This document shows, piece by piece, positions 26,760 through 41,230 of a stretch of 64,000 nucleotides of DNA (position 1 is the first letter of the stretch; each line of letters starts with the position of its first letter). Under the pieces are notes generated by a model. That model ran no database searches. It was not told the DNA's origin and was given only the letters and a program-made list of their open reading frames with translations. A program made the position numbers and the translations under genes. Origin of the DNA: Eledone cirrhosa (Eukaryota); assembly GCA_964016885.1 (NCBI GenBank), contig OZ024764.1, forward strand, positions 26,102,001-26,166,000. Direction: 5' to 3'.

Positions 26760-28499
26760 CTAGAAAAACATTGGATATTAATGGCATTTATTTATTTAGA
26801 TATATAATAATAATAATAATAAAGTTTCTACTATTGGCACAAGGCCAGCAATTACCCCAGTGTATTACTGGTGCTATATAATAATAATAATAAAGTTTCT
26901 ACTATTGGCACAAGGCCAGCAATTACCCCAGTGTATTACTGGTGCTATATAATAATAATAATAAAGTTTCTACTATTGGCACAAGGCCAGCAATTACCCC
27001 AGTGTATTACTGGTGCTTTATTTTATCGACCCCGTAAGGATGAAAGGCAAAGTTAACCTCAGCGGGATTTGAACTCAGATCATAAAGGGACGTAACTCTA
27101 TGCTGGAAAGCATGTCCAGCCCTCTACCGATACTGCCAATTCACCACCCTTCAGATATATAATAATAATAATAAAGTTTCTACTATGGGCACAAGGCCAG
27201 CAATTACCCCAGTGTATTACTGGTGCTATATAATAATAAAGTTTCTACTATTGGCACAAGGCCAGCAATTACCCCAGTGTATTACTGGTGCTATATAATA
27301 ATAATAATAAAGTTTCTACTATTGGCACAAGGCCAGCAATTACCCCAGTGTATTACTGGTGCTTTATTTTATCGACCCCGTAAGGATGAAAGGCAAAGTT
27401 AACCTCAGCGGGATTTGAACTCAGATCACAAAGGGACGTAACTCTATGCTGGAAAGCATGTCCAGCCCTCTACCGATACTGCCAATTCACCACCCTTCAG
27501 ATATATAATAATAATAATAAAGTTTCTACTATGGGCACAAGGCCAGCAATTACCCCAGTGTATTACTGGTGCTTTATTTTATCGACCCCTGTAAGCATGA
27601 AAGGCAAAGTTAACCTCGGCAGACTTGAACGTAAAGGGCCATAATTCTATGCTGCAAAGTCTGCATGGCGTCTGACACTCTACCAATACTGCCAAACCAC
27701 AATAATTGTTTCACATGGCTTAGTGGTTAGAGCATTGGGCTTGCAATCGAACGGTTGTGAGTTCAATTCTCAGACCGGGTGATGTGTTTGTTTCCTTGAG
27801 CAAGACACTTTATTTCACATTGCTCCAGTTTACCTGGATATCTGAGGCTGCAGGTAGTGGCTTGATGTTCATTTGAACAAACTTTCCAGTTAAATAACAT
27901 CAATGATGAGACTCCAAGAATAATAATAATAATAATGATTTCTACTTTATGCACAAGGCCAGCAATTTGGGGGAGAAGAAAGTCAATTAAATCAACCCCA
28001 ATGCATTGCTGGTACTTTATTTCAGCAACCCCGTAAGGATGAATAGCAAAGCTAATCTTGGTGAGATTTGAACTCAGAAAATAAAGAGCCGGAAGAAATG
28101 CCACAAGACGTTCTATCTGACACTCTTCCTATCCCTCCCAATCTACCAACCTCAATAATAATAATAATATCTTAAGGGAAGCTGGAAGACAGAAGATTGA
28201 AGATAGAAGATGGAAGACAGAAGATGGAAGAGAGAAGATGGAAGACAGAAGATGGAAGACAGAAGATAGAAGAGAGAAGATGGAAGACGGAAGACAGAAG
28301 ATGGAAGATGGAAGACAGAAGATGGAAGACAGAATATAGAAGACAGAATATAGAAGACAGAATATAGAAGACAGAAGATGGAAGACAGAAGATGGAAGAC
28401 AGAAGATGGAAGGCAGAAGACAGAAGATGGAAGACAGAAGAGCACAGAGAGAAGTGAATAAATAAAGATGAAATGGCTAGAAATAATAAAGTAATTCAC

Positions 28500-28684
28500 C
28501 TCGATGGATCTATCTCGTAGGACAAGTTGGGGTTTTGTAATTCCATCTCAATCATCTCCTGAATGAGAGGGTTGAGCAAGCTTCGGAGATAATTCTGTCC
28601 ATAGAACCGGAAACAGTAAGCCATTATTTTACTTGCTAGACTGTTTCCTCGGAAAAGAGTCTGCATACAATCAGCAATCTCCAC
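28500..28684 (-). CDS. NF1: NF1 exon T containing the RasGAP arginine finger (TLFRGNSLASK), 185 nt
   Basis: tttcag| and |gtgaa; catalytic Arg codon CGA at 28649-28651. Confidence 0.97.
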
Positions 28685-29716
28685 CTGAAAATTTACAAAA
28701 CAATGGAGGACATTAGCTTTCAAAATCACAACAGAATTTAGCAGAAATATATACTTGAATAGAAGCCAATCCAAATATAAGCTGACCCCCTTCTATTTTA
28801 TGTCAGAGAAATGGGCAAATATCTAACCCTTGTTTGTTCATCAAATGCCAGGTCAACTACAATCAAAATAAATACTGTATATACTTGAATATATCTTGTG
28901 ACGCTAAACTCCACCATTTGCAGACTGCGCGGCAACATGTGATATCTCTCTCCACAAAATTCAATCACCAACAGCAGAGTTTAAAGAGCAAAGATCAAGC
29001 CCAGTCCATAGCTTGACATTATCAAGCCATCGTTTTGGCTGCCGGCCTCTGCTTCTCTTACCAGCCAACCTTCCTTCCAGGAATATATAATACCTTTTGA
29101 TCACCAACAGCAGAGTTTAAAGAGCAAAGATCAAGTCCAGTCCATAAATTGACATTATCAAGCCATCGTTTTGGCTGCTGGCCTCTGCTTCTCTTAGCAG
29201 ACAACCTTCCTTCCAGGCATAACCTACTCACACCACAAGTTGATCTTTTTATGTGGCCATATAGTTTGAATACTCTTGAATATAAGTCTACCTAACTATA
29301 AGCCTTTTGTTCATCAAATGTCAAGTCAACTACAATCAAAATACAAACTGTATATACTTAAATATAAGTCTATCTAAATATAAGCCAAGCCCCTATTTTA
29401 TGTCTGAGAAATAAACAAAACTCCAAACACCCGTTTATAAGCTGAGGTAGGTTATCAATACATTATGTTTAGATAGTGCGGTTTTGAAATTGAAGACAAA
29501 ATACAGAAGGGAGAAGATTAAAGATAGAAAATAGAATAGGGAGAAAGAAGTCAAAAGATAGAAGATAGACGACAGCAGATGACAGAAGGCAGTACAAAAG
29601 GCAGAAAATAGAAGAGAGAAAATAGAACACAATACAGGGTATAAAAGAGAGTTGGAGGGCAGGAGAAAGAATAGAGAATCAAAGCTAGTCTTGGCATGGT
29701 TGGCATCAATAAAGTT

Positions 29717-31170
29717 GGTGGTTTTGTTACATAGAACTAGAGGGTGGTTTTGTCATATAGAACTAGAGGGTGGTTTTGTCATATAGAACTAGAGGGTGGT
29801 TTTGTCATATAGAACTAGAGGGTGGTTTTGTCATATAGAACTAGAGGGTGGTTTTGTCATATAGAACTAGAGGGTGGTTTTGTCATATAGAACCAGATGG
29901 TGGTTTTGTCATATAGAACTAGAGGATGGTTTTGTCATATAGAACCAGATGGTGGTTTTGTCATATAGAACTAGAGGGTGATTTTGTCATATAGAACCAG
30001 AGGATGGTTTTGTCATATAGAACTAGAGGGTGGTTTTGTCATATAGAACTAGAGGGTGGTTTTGTCATATAGAACTAGAGGGTGGTTTTGTCATATAGAA
30101 CTAGAGGGTGGTTTTGTCATATAGAACCAGATGGTGGTTTTGTCATATAGAACTAGAGGGTGATTTTGTCATATAGAACCAGAGGATGGTTTTGTCATAT
30201 AGAACCAGGGGTGGTTTTGTCATATAGAACTAGAGGGTGGTTTTGTCATATAAAACCAGAGGGTGGTTTTGTCATAGAGAACTAGAGGATGGTTTTGTCA
30301 TATAGAACCAGAGAGTGGTTTTGTCATATAGAACTAGAGGATGGTTTTGTCATATAAAACCAGAGGGTGGTTTTGTCATATAGAACTAGAGGGTGGTTTT
30401 GTCATATAGAACCAGAGGGTGGTTTTGTCATATAGAACTAGAGGGTGGTTTTGTCATATAGAACCAGAGGGTGGTTTTGTCATATAGAACTAGAGGGTGG
30501 TTTTGTCATATAGAACTAGAGGGTGGTTTTGTCATATAGAACTAGAGGGTGGTTTTGTCATATAGAACTAGAGGGTGGTTTTGTCATATAGAACTAGAGG
30601 GTGGTTTTGTCATATAGAACTAGAGGGTGGTTTTGTCATATAGAACTAGAGGGTGGTTTTGTCATATAGAACTAGAGGGTGGTTTTGTCATATAGAACTA
30701 GAGGGTGGTTTTGTCATATAGAACCAGAGGGTGGTTTTGTCATATAGAACCAGAGGGTGGTTTTGTCATATAGAACTAGAGGGTGGTTTTGTCATATAGA
30801 ACCAGAGGGTGGTTTTGTCATATAGAACTAGAGGGTGGTTTTGTCATATAGAACCAGAGGATGGTTTTGTCATATAGAACTAGAGGGTGGTTTTGTCATA
30901 TAGAACTAGAGGGTGGTTTTGTTACATAGAACTAGAGGGTGGTTTTGTCATATAGAACTAGAGGATGGTTTTGTCATATAGAACTAGAGGATGGTTTTGT
31001 CATATAGAACCAGAGGATGGTTTTGTCATATAGAACTAGAGGGTGGTTTTGTTACATAGAACCAGAGGATGGTTTTGTTACATAGAACCAGAGGATGGTT
31101 TTGTTACATGGAACCAGGGGTGGCCATGTTTCATAGAAGCAGGGGTGGTTTTGTTACACAGAACCAGAGA
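29717..31170. repeat. 26-bp minisatellite, ~55 copies
   Basis: tagaactagagggtggttttgtcata. Confidence 0.95.
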
Positions 31171-31292
31171 TGGGTTACATTAAACCTAGCATGCAGCTAA
31201 AGGTTTACAGCATGTAGTGCAGCATGGCCTGGCCAATTTGTTCAAGATAGATCAATGAATGATAGAATGAAGGAATAAATGAAAATGTTTAC

Positions 31293-31376
31293 CTCTTTTG
31301 AAAACATGTTCCACAACAGTTGATACAGGAGATGTTTAGCATCAAAGAGAGTAACAAACACTCTAGCTAATTCATC
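31293..31376 (-). CDS. NF1: NF1 exon S (DELARVFVTLFDAKHLLYQLLWNMFSKE), 84 nt
   Basis: tctag| and |gtaaa; near-invariant motif; not in the ORF track. Confidence 0.97.
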
Positions 31377-31539
31377 CTAGACAACAACAAGAGAAATATA
31401 TAAATTATATCATTATCATCATTTTATATATATATATATATATATATAAATATAAAAAAAAATATATATATAAATATAAAAAATATATATATATATATAT
31501 ATAAAAGGGAAAAAAAAGAAAAAAGAAAGAGAAAAAACA

Positions 31540-32680
31540 CACAGTCCACACTGTAAAGTGGTCGTGTAGGTAACACAGTAAAAAGGCTCCCAGTCCACAC
31601 TGTAAAGTGGTTGTGTAGGAGACACTGTAAAAAGGCTCCCAGTCCACACTGTAAAGTGGTCGTGTAGGAGACACTGTAAAAAGGCTCCCAGTCCACACTG
31701 TAAAGTGGTCGTGAAGGAGACAGTAAAAAGACTCCCAGTCCACACTGTAAAGTGGTTGTGTAGGTAACACAGTAAAAAGGCTCCCAGTCCACCCTGTAAG
31801 GTGGTCATGTAGGAGACACTGTAAAAAGGCTCCCAGTCCACACTGTAAAGTGGTCATGAAGGAGACAGTAAAAAGACTCCCAGTCCACACTGTAAAGTGG
31901 TCTTGTAGGAGACATGGTAAAAAGGCTCCCAGTCCACACTGTAAAGTGGTCTTGTAGGAGACATGGTAAAAAGGCTCCCAGTCCACACTGTAAAGTGGTC
32001 ATGTAGGAGACACAGTAAAAAGGCTCCCAGTCCACACTGTAAAGTGGTGTGTAGGAGACACAGTAAAAAGGCTCCCAGTCCACACTGTAAAGTGGTCTTG
32101 TAGGAGACACGGTAAAAAGGCTCCCAGTCCACACTGTAAGGAGGTCATGTAGGAGACACAGTAAAAAGGACCCCAGTCCACACTGTAAAGTGGTCATGTA
32201 GGAGACACAGTAAAAAGGACCCCAGTCCACACTGTAAGGTGGTCATGTAGGAGACATGGTAAAAAACCTCCCAGTCCACACTGTAAGGTGGTCATGTAGG
32301 AGACACAGTAAAAAGGACCCCAGTCCACATTGTAAGGTGGTCATGTAGGAGACATGGTAAAAAACCTCCCAGTCCACACTGTAAAGTGGTCATGTAGGAG
32401 ACACAGTAAAAAGGCTCCCAGTCCACACTGTAAAGTGGTCGTGTAAGAGACACAGTAAAAAGGCTCCCAGTCCACACTGTAAGGTGGTCATGTAGGTAAC
32501 ACAGTAAAAAGGCTCCCAGTCCACACTGTAAAGTGGTCGTGTAGGAGACACAGTAAAAAGGACCCCAGTCCACACTGTAAAGTGGTCGTGTAGGAGACAC
32601 AGTAAAAAGGACCCCAGTCCACACTGTAAAGTGGTCATGTAGGAGACACAGTAAAAAGGCTCCCAGTCCACACTGTAAAT
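31540..32680 (+). repeat. ~49-bp array expanded from the SINE body; sister array (48 bp) at 59800-60780
   Basis: cccagtccacactgtaaagtggtcatgtagg... running directly into the SINE 3' part (ttaggaagggcatccagc...gatgatgat). Confidence 0.92.
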
Positions 32681-33055
32681 GTGGTTGGTGTTAGGAAGGG
32701 CATCCAGCCGTAGAAAACCTGCCAGATAGTCCTATGACACGGTCACTCGACCTACCTTACCTCAAATGGGACAACTCCTATCTAACCCATGCTAGCGTGG
32801 AAGATAGACGTTAAACGATGATGATTATGATGATGATATATATATATATAAATATATAAATTAATATGAATGGAAAGGGAGAAGGCTGTGTGGTTACTAA
32901 GAACAAGTGTTTAGGAAGTAAAGGAAACACAAACATAGAGATATACATTTCCCTTCATCAGTTTGCCGCGAGTCTCAGATGTTTATATAATAATTTCTCA
33001 ATCAACTTTCGTCAAATCGGACCGATGAAACAATGTTTACATTGATCTTTCCAGT

Positions 33056-33330
33056 TCATTTCATTTCATTTCATTTGAGTTTGAGTCCATGCTCAGGCCA
33101 AGTCGAAGACTCCACCCTCAGAGTCTGGTGTGGTTGCCAGGTTGGATTCTCTGTTTAATTTTGACATGTGTAGGAGCGAGTTTGAGTCAGTTTGTGCTCG
33201 TTGTGTATATCCTGGGAGATGGGGTTCATCTCTAATGGTGCTTAAGTATTTATCCAGTTGCAATTTGAATGATTCCACACTGCATCCTGATAGATTTCTG
33301 ACATGTACCGGAATGGAGTTGAATAGTTGC
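33056..33330 (-). mobile_element. 3' end of a CR1/L2-group LINE
   Basis: SFKLQLDKYLSTIRDEP C-terminal motif followed by a (TGAAA)n tail. Confidence 0.65.
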
Positions 33331-33970
33331 TAATACTTTCTATCGGTCGCAACTCCAGGTAGAAGGAGCAACGTGAAATAAAGTGTCTTGCTCAAGGACG
33401 GACAGAACACATCGCCCAGTCCAGGAATCAAACTCACAACCTTCACTGGAAGCATGACCCTCCCAAAGTTTAACAATATCTGTTTCAACACACGTTTTCA
33501 GATAAGAAATCTTGCAAAACAAATTCAAAAACTTTTTTTTTTAAATATATATATATATCATCACCATCATCATCATCATCATAATCACCGTTTTACGTCC
33601 ATTCCTCCACGCTAGCATGGGTTAGACAGGTTGTCCAGTTGTGGGCAGTGTCCGGTCAGCTGACCTTGTCTAGCTCATACAGGAACTGATTTTGGCTTGA
33701 TTTCTACAGCTGGATGCCCTTCCTAACACCAACCTCATTTACAGTGAGTGCTGGGTGCTTTTTTGCCGTGGCCCCTCCACGACCACTTTGCAGTGGAATG
33801 ATAGGGACCCCAGTCCCTATCATCTCATTTCTACAGCTGAGTGAACTGGAGCAATGTGAAATAAAGTGTCTTGCTCAAGGAAACAACACATCACTCGGTC
33901 CGAGAATTGAACTCACAACCTTTCGATTGCAAGCCCAATGCTCTAACCACTAAGCCATGTGCCTTCACAC

Positions 33971-34008
<38 letters not shown>

Positions 34009-34077
34009 CAAGAACAACAAGAACAATATCAACACCATGGATGACAACACTTACTACACCACTAAACATTGACTCAC

Positions 34078-34289
34078 CATTTGACTTCGTAGAATGACAC
34101 TTGCAAGGGCCATGGCAATGGGGAGATCACCCTTGTCTCCGATCATGGTGACCAGCTCAACGAGGCGTTCAAAGCGATCGGCCAGAGCAGTCTCGGCCAG
34201 TGTCTCAAATTCGGTACCCTGCTGCAGGATCTTCGTCAGTACTTCCATGAAAGCAGCGCGGGTCTGTGGGTCTTTGTGGTAGCCAAGTG
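34078..34289 (-). CDS. NF1: NF1 exon R (LGYHKDPQTRAAFMEVLTKILQQGTEF...SQM), start of the GAP-related domain, 212 nt
   Basis: ttcag| and |gtgagt; near-invariant motif. Confidence 0.97.
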
Positions 34290-34757
34290 CTGAAGAGAGA
34301 GAGCGAGAGAGAGAAAGTCAGAGATATATAGAGAGAGATAGCTAGATAGATAGAGTGTGTGAGAGAGAGAGATAGCTAGATAGATAGAGTGTGTGAGAGA
34401 GAGAGATAGCCAGATAGATAGAGTGTGTGAGAGAGAGAGATAGCCAGATAGATAGAGTGTGTGAGAGAGAGAGATAGCTAGATAGATAGAGTGTGTGAGA
34501 GAGAGAGATAGCTAGATAGATAGAGTGTGTGAGAGAGAGAGATAGCTAGATAGATAGAGTGTGTGAGAGAGAGAGATAGCTAGATAGAGTGTGTGAGAGA
34601 GAGAGAGAGCTAGATAGATAGAGTGTGTGAGAGAGAGAGAGATAGCTAGATAGATAGAGTGTGTGAGAGAGAGAGAGAGAGATAGATAGTGTGTGAGAGA
34701 GAGATAGCTAGATAGATAGATAGAAAGAAAGACAGAGATATATAGAGAGAGATAGCT

Positions 34758-34790
<33 letters not shown>

Positions 34791-34919
34791 TTTTGATAGA
34801 TATCTACAACACCACCACCAGATAGACAACATCTCCCACCACCATCACCACAAGACACACCACCACCAGTACACAGACAACACACCACCACCAACCATCA
34901 AAAGTGCTGCAATACATAC

Positions 34920-35098
34920 CTATAGAATGCATCAGGCCACTCTCTATGTTAGCATTAAGCAAGTTTGACATAGCTTGCACAGTGCAATGTCGCAGTGCAC
35001 TAAGGTTAGACATGCTTCGTTTGCGGTTCGGATCCATAGCCTTGTCTTGTTCTTCTTCTGAACAGTCATTCAGTAGATTCATAAACAAAGTCAAGTAC
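34920..35098 (-). CDS. NF1: NF1 exon Q (YLTLFMNLLNDC...AMSNLLNANIESGLMHSI), 179 nt
   Basis: ttgcag| and |gtatg; near-invariant motif. Confidence 0.97.
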
Positions 35099-35129
35099 CT
35101 GCAAACAAACAAACAAAAAATGTATATAA

Positions 35130-38100
35130 ATCATCATCATCATCATTTTACGTACGCTTTTCCCTGCTTGCAAGGGTGGGACGGGTCTTATTCAGCACAG
35201 CATCTCTCCACTCGTCACGGTCCTTCGTCATCTCCACCGTGAGCTTCAGCTATCTGAGGTCTGCTCTCACCACCTCCGCCCATGTTTTTCGTGGTCTACC
35301 TCTACCACGTCTTCCTGGCACTTCTTCACCCATCTGTCATCCTCATCACATGTCCATACCATCTCAGTCTCCTCTCCCGTACACTACAACTTGTCCCTCT
35401 TATACACAGTTTCTCTCTCAACACATCACATGTCCATACCATCTCAGTCTTCTCTCCTACACACTACAACTTATCCCTCTTATACACAGTTTCTCTCTCA
35501 ACACATCACATGTCCATACCATCTCAGTCTTCTCTCCCACACACCACAACTTATCCCTCTTATACACAGTTTCTCTCTCAACACATCACATGTCCATACC
35601 ATCTCAGTTTTCTCTCCCACACACTACAACTTATCCCTCTTATACACAGTTTCTCTCTCAACACATCACATGTCCATACCATCTCAGTCTCCTCTCCTGC
35701 ACACCACAACTTATCCCTCTTATACACAGTTTCTCTCTCAACACATCACATGTCCATACCATCTCAGTTTTCTCTCCCACACACTACAACTTATCCCTCT
35801 TATACACAGTTTCTCTCTCAACACATCACATGTCCATACCATCTCAGTCTCCTCTCCTGCACACCACAACTTGTCCCTCTTATACACAGTTTCTCTCTCA
35901 ACACATCACATGTCCATACCATCTCAGTCTTCTCTCCCACACACTACAACTTATCCCTCTTATACACAGTTTCTCTCTCAACACATCACATGTCCATACC
36001 ATCTCAGTCTTCTCTCCTACACACTACAACTTATCCCTCTTATACACAGTTTCTCTCTCAACACATCACATGTCCATACCATCTCAGTCTTCTCTCCCAC
36101 ACACCACAACTTATCCCTCTTATACACAGTTTCTCTCTCAACACATCACATGTCCATACCATCTCAGTTTTCTCTCCCACACACTACAACTTATCCCTCT
36201 TATACACAGTTTCTCTCTCAACACATCACATGTCCATACCATCTCAGTTTTCTCTCCCACACACCACAACTTATCCCTCTTATACACAGTTTCTCTCTCA
36301 ACACATCACATGTCCATACCATCTCAGTTTTCTCTCCCACACACTACAACTTATCCCTCTTATACACAGTTTCTCTCTCAACACATCACATGTCCATACC
36401 ATATCAGTCTCCTCTCCCGTACACTACAACTTGTCCCTCTTATACACAGTTTCTCTCTCAACACATCACATGTCCATACCATCTCAGTCTTCTCTCCCAC
36501 ACACCACAACTTATCCCTCTTATACACAGTTTCTCTCTCAACACATCACATGTCCATACCATCTCAGTTTTCTCTCCCACACACCACAACTTATCCCTCT
36601 TATACACAGTTTCTCTCTCAACACATCACATGTCCATACCATATCAGTCTCCTCTCCCGTACACAACTTATCCCTCTTATACACAGTTTCTCTCTCAACA
36701 CATCACATGTCCATACCATCTCAGTCTCCTCTCCCGTACACTACAACTTATCCCTCTTATACACAGTTTCTCTCTCAACACATCACATGTCCATACCATA
36801 TCAGTCTCCTCTCCCGTACACTACAACTTATCCCTCTTATACACAGTTTCTCTCTCAACACATCACATGTCCATACCATCTCAGTCTCCTCTCCTGCACA
36901 CCACAACTTATCCCTCTTATACACAGTTTCTCTCTCAACACATCACATGTCCATACCATCTCAGTCTCCTCTCCCATACACTACAACTTATCCCTCTTAT
37001 ACACAGCTTCTCTCTCAATACATCTCATGTCCATACCATCTCAATCTTCTCTCCTACACACTACAACTTATCCCTCTTATACACAGTTTCTCTCTCAACA
37101 CATAACATGTCCATACCATCTCAGTCTTCTCTCCTACACACTACAACTTATCCCTCTTATACACAGTTTCTCTCTCAACTCATCACATGTCCATACCATC
37201 TCAGTCTTCTCTCCTACACACTACAACTTATCCCTCTTATACACAGTTTCTCTCTTAACTCATCACATGTCCATACCATCTCAGTCTTCTCTCCCACACA
37301 CCACAACTTATCCCTCTTATACACAGTTTCTCTCTCAACACATCACATGTCCATACCATCTCAGTCTCCTCTCCCGCACACCACAACTTATCCCTCTTAT
37401 ATACAGTTTCTCTCTCAACACATCACATGTCCATACCATCTCAGTCTTCTCTCCTACACACTACAACTTATCCCTCTTATACACAGTTTCTCTCTCAACA
37501 CATCACATGTCCATACCATCTCAGTTTTCTCTCCCGCACACCACAACTTATCCCTCTTATACACAGTTTCTCTCTCAACACATCACATGTCCATACCATC
37601 TCAGTCTTCTCTCCCACACACTACAACTTATCCCTCTTATACACAGTTTCTCTCTCAACACATCACATGTCCATACCATCTCAGTCTCCTCTCCCGTACA
37701 CTACAACTTATCCCTCTTATACACAGTTTCTCTCTCAACACATCACATGTCCATACCATCTCAGTTTTCTCTCCCGCACACCACAACTTATCCCTCTTAT
37801 ACACAGTTTCTCTCTCAACACATCACATGTCCATACCATATCAGTCTCCTCTCCCGTACACAACTTATCCCTCTTATACACAGTTTCTCTCTCAACACAT
37901 CACATGTCCATACCATCTCAGTCTCCTCTCCCGTACACTACAACTTATCCCTCTTATACACAGTTTCTCTCTCAACACATCACATGTCCATACCATATCA
38001 GTCTCCTCTCCCGTACACTACAACTTATCCCTCTTATACACAGTTTCTCTCTCAACACATCACATGTCCATACCATCTCAGTCTCCTCTCCTGCACACCA

Positions 38101-41100
38101 CAACTTATCCCTCTTATACAGTTTCTCTCTCAACACATCACATGTCCATACCATCTCAGTCTCCTCTCCCGTACACTACAACTTATCCCTCTTATACACA
38201 GCTTCTCTCTCAATACATCTCATGTCCATACCATCTCAATCTTCTCTCCTACACACTACAACTTATCCCTCTTATACACAGTTTCTCTCTCAACACATCA
38301 CATGTCCATACCATCTCAGTCTTCTCTCCTACACACTACAACTTATCCCTCTTATACACAGTTTCTCTCTCAACTCATCACATGTCCATACCATCTCAGT
38401 CTTCTCTCCTACACACTACAACTTATCCCTCTTATACACAGTTTCTCTCTTAACTCATCACATGTCCATACCATCTCAGTCTTCTCTCCCACACACCACA
38501 ACTTATCCCTCTTATACACAGTTTCTCTCTCAACACATCACATGTCCATACCATCTCAGTCTCCTCTCCCGCACACCACAACTTATCCCTCTTATACACA
38601 GTTTCTCTCTCAACACATCACATGTCCATACCATCTCAGTCTTCTCTCCTACACACTACAACTTATCCCTCTTATACACAGTTTCTCTCTCAACACATCA
38701 CATGTCCATACCATCTCAGTTTTCTCTCCCGCACACCACAACTTATCCCTCTTATACACAGTTTCTCTCTCAACACATCACATGTCCATACCATCTCAGT
38801 CTTCTCTCCCACACACTACAACTCATCCCTCTTATACACAGTTTCTCTCTCAACTCATCACATGTCCATACCATCTCAGTCTTCTCTCCCACACACCACA
38901 ACTTATCCCTCTTATACACAGTTTCTCTCTCAACACATCACATGTCCATACCATCTCAGTCTTCTCTCCCACACACCACAACTTATCCCTCTTATACACA
39001 GTTTCTCTCTCAACACATCACATGTCCATACCATCTCAGTCTCCTCTCCCGCACACCACAACTTATCCCTCTTATACAGTTTCTCTCTCAACACATCACA
39101 TGTCCATACCATCTCAGTCTTCTCTCCTACACACTACAACTTATCCCTCTTATACACAGTTTCTCTCTCAACACATCACATGTCCATACCATCTCAGTCT
39201 TCTCTCCCGCACACCACAACTTATCCCTCTTATACAGTTTCTCTCTCAACACATCACATGTCCATACCATCTCAGTCTCCTCTCCCGTACACTACAACTT
39301 ATCCCTCTTATACACAGTTTCTCTCTCAACACATCACATGTCCATACCATCTCAGTTTTCTCTCCCGCACACCACAACTTATCCCTCTTATACACAGTTT
39401 CTCTCTCAACACATCACATGTCCATACCATATCAGTCTCCTCTCCCGTACACAACTTATCCCTCTTATACACAGTTTCTCTCTCAACACATCACATGTCC
39501 ATACCATCTCAGTCTCCTCTCCCGTACACTACAACTTATCCCTCTTATACACAGTTTCTCTCTCAACACATCACATGTCCATACCATATCAGTCTCCTCT
39601 CCCGTACACTACAACTTATCCCTCTTATACACAGTTTCTCTCTCAACACATCACATGTCCATACCATCTCAGTCTCCTCTCCTGCACACCACAACTTATC
39701 CCTCTTATACAGTTTCTCTCTCAACACATCACATGTCCATACCATCTCAGTCTCCTCTCCCGTACACTACAACTTATCCCTCTTATACACAGTTTCTCTC
39801 TCAATACATCTCATGTCCATACCATCTCAATCTTCTCTCCTACACACTACAACTTATCCCTCTTATACACAGTTTCTCTCTCAACACATCACATGTCCAT
39901 ACCATCTCAGTCTTCTCTCCTACACACTACAACTTATCCCTCTTATACACAGTTTCTCTCTCAACTCATCACATGTCCATACCATCTCAGTCTTCTCTCC
40001 TACACACTACAACTTATCCCTCTTATACACAGTTTCTCTCTTAACTCATCACATGTCCATACCATCTCAGTCTTCTCTCCCACACACCACAACTTATCCC
40101 TCTTATACACAGTTTCTCTCTCAACACATCACATGTCCATACCATCTCAGTCTCCTCTCCCGCACACCACAACTTATCCCTCTTATACACAGTTTCTCTC
40201 TCAACACATCACATGTCCATACCATCTCAGTCTTCTCTCCTACACACTACAACTTATCCCTCTTATACACAGTTTCTCTCTCAACACATCACATGTCCAT
40301 ACCATCTCAGTTTTCTCTCCTACACACTACAACTTATCCCTCTTATACACAGTTTCTCTCTCAACTCATCACATGTCCATACCATCTCAGTCTTCTCTCC
40401 CACACACCACAACTTATCCCTCTTATACACAGTTTCTCTCTCAACACATCACATGTCCATACCATCTCAGTCTTCTCTCCCACACACCACAACTTATCCC
40501 TCTTATACACAGTTTCTCTCTCAACACATCACATGTCCATACCATCTCAGTCTCCTCTCCCGCACACCACAACTTATCCCTCTTATACAGTTTCTCTCTC
40601 AACACATCACATGTCCATACCATCTCAGTCTTCTCTCCTACACACTACAACTTATCCCTCTTATACACAGTTTCTCTCTCAACACATCACATGTCCATAC
40701 CATCTCAGTCTTCTCTCCCGCACACCACAACTTATCCCTCTTATACAGTTTCTCTCTCAACACATCACATGTCCATACCATCTCAGTCTTCTCTCCTACA
40801 CACTATAACTTATCCCTCTTATACACAGTTTCTCTCTCAACACATCACATGTCCATACCATCTCAGTCTACTCTCCCGCACACCACAACTTATCCCTCTT
40901 ATACACAGTTTCTCACTCAACACATCACATGTCCATACCATCTCAGTCTCCTCTCCCACACACCACAACTTATCCCTCTCAGACAAAGTTTCTCTCTCAA
41001 CTCGTCTATGCTTGGTCGCTCATGCACATTGACATTGCACATCCAACGGTGCATGCTTGCCTCATCTCTCTCCAGCCGCCACATATCCTCTGCAGTTGCT

Positions 41101-41230
41101 GCCCATGTCTCACTACCATGCAGCATCGCGCTCCTCACACAGGCATCATATAACCGGCCTTTTGTACGCAGGGAGAAACCATTCTTCGTGAAGCAGAGGA
41201 AGCAGCTCCCTAAACTTCTTCCAACCCGTC
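35130..41230 (-). mobile_element. RTE-clade LINE 3' fragment whose interior has expanded into an 80-bp satellite
   Basis: KGRLYDACVRSAMLHGSETW...ERRLRWYGHVMC at 40930-41230 and GRGRPRKTWAEVVRADL...DRDEWR at 35200-35330 flank the array. Confidence 0.85.
35340..40980. repeat. 80-bp tandem satellite, ~70 copies, with higher-order duplications
   Basis: Unit acacatcacatgtccataccatctcagtcttctctcccacacaccacaacttatccctcttatacacagtttctctctca. Confidence 0.97.

Noticed and set aside
29717-31170. Regular short-period arrays that might be mistaken for CRISPR (also 56603-57290)
   Set aside because: Head-to-tail units with no unique spacers, no cas genes, eukaryotic intron.
32938-32966. Minus-strand CUGAUGA-AGG-GAAA-UGUAUA-UC
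   Set aside because: Stem II is absent and stem I does not pair; at most a deleted remnant.
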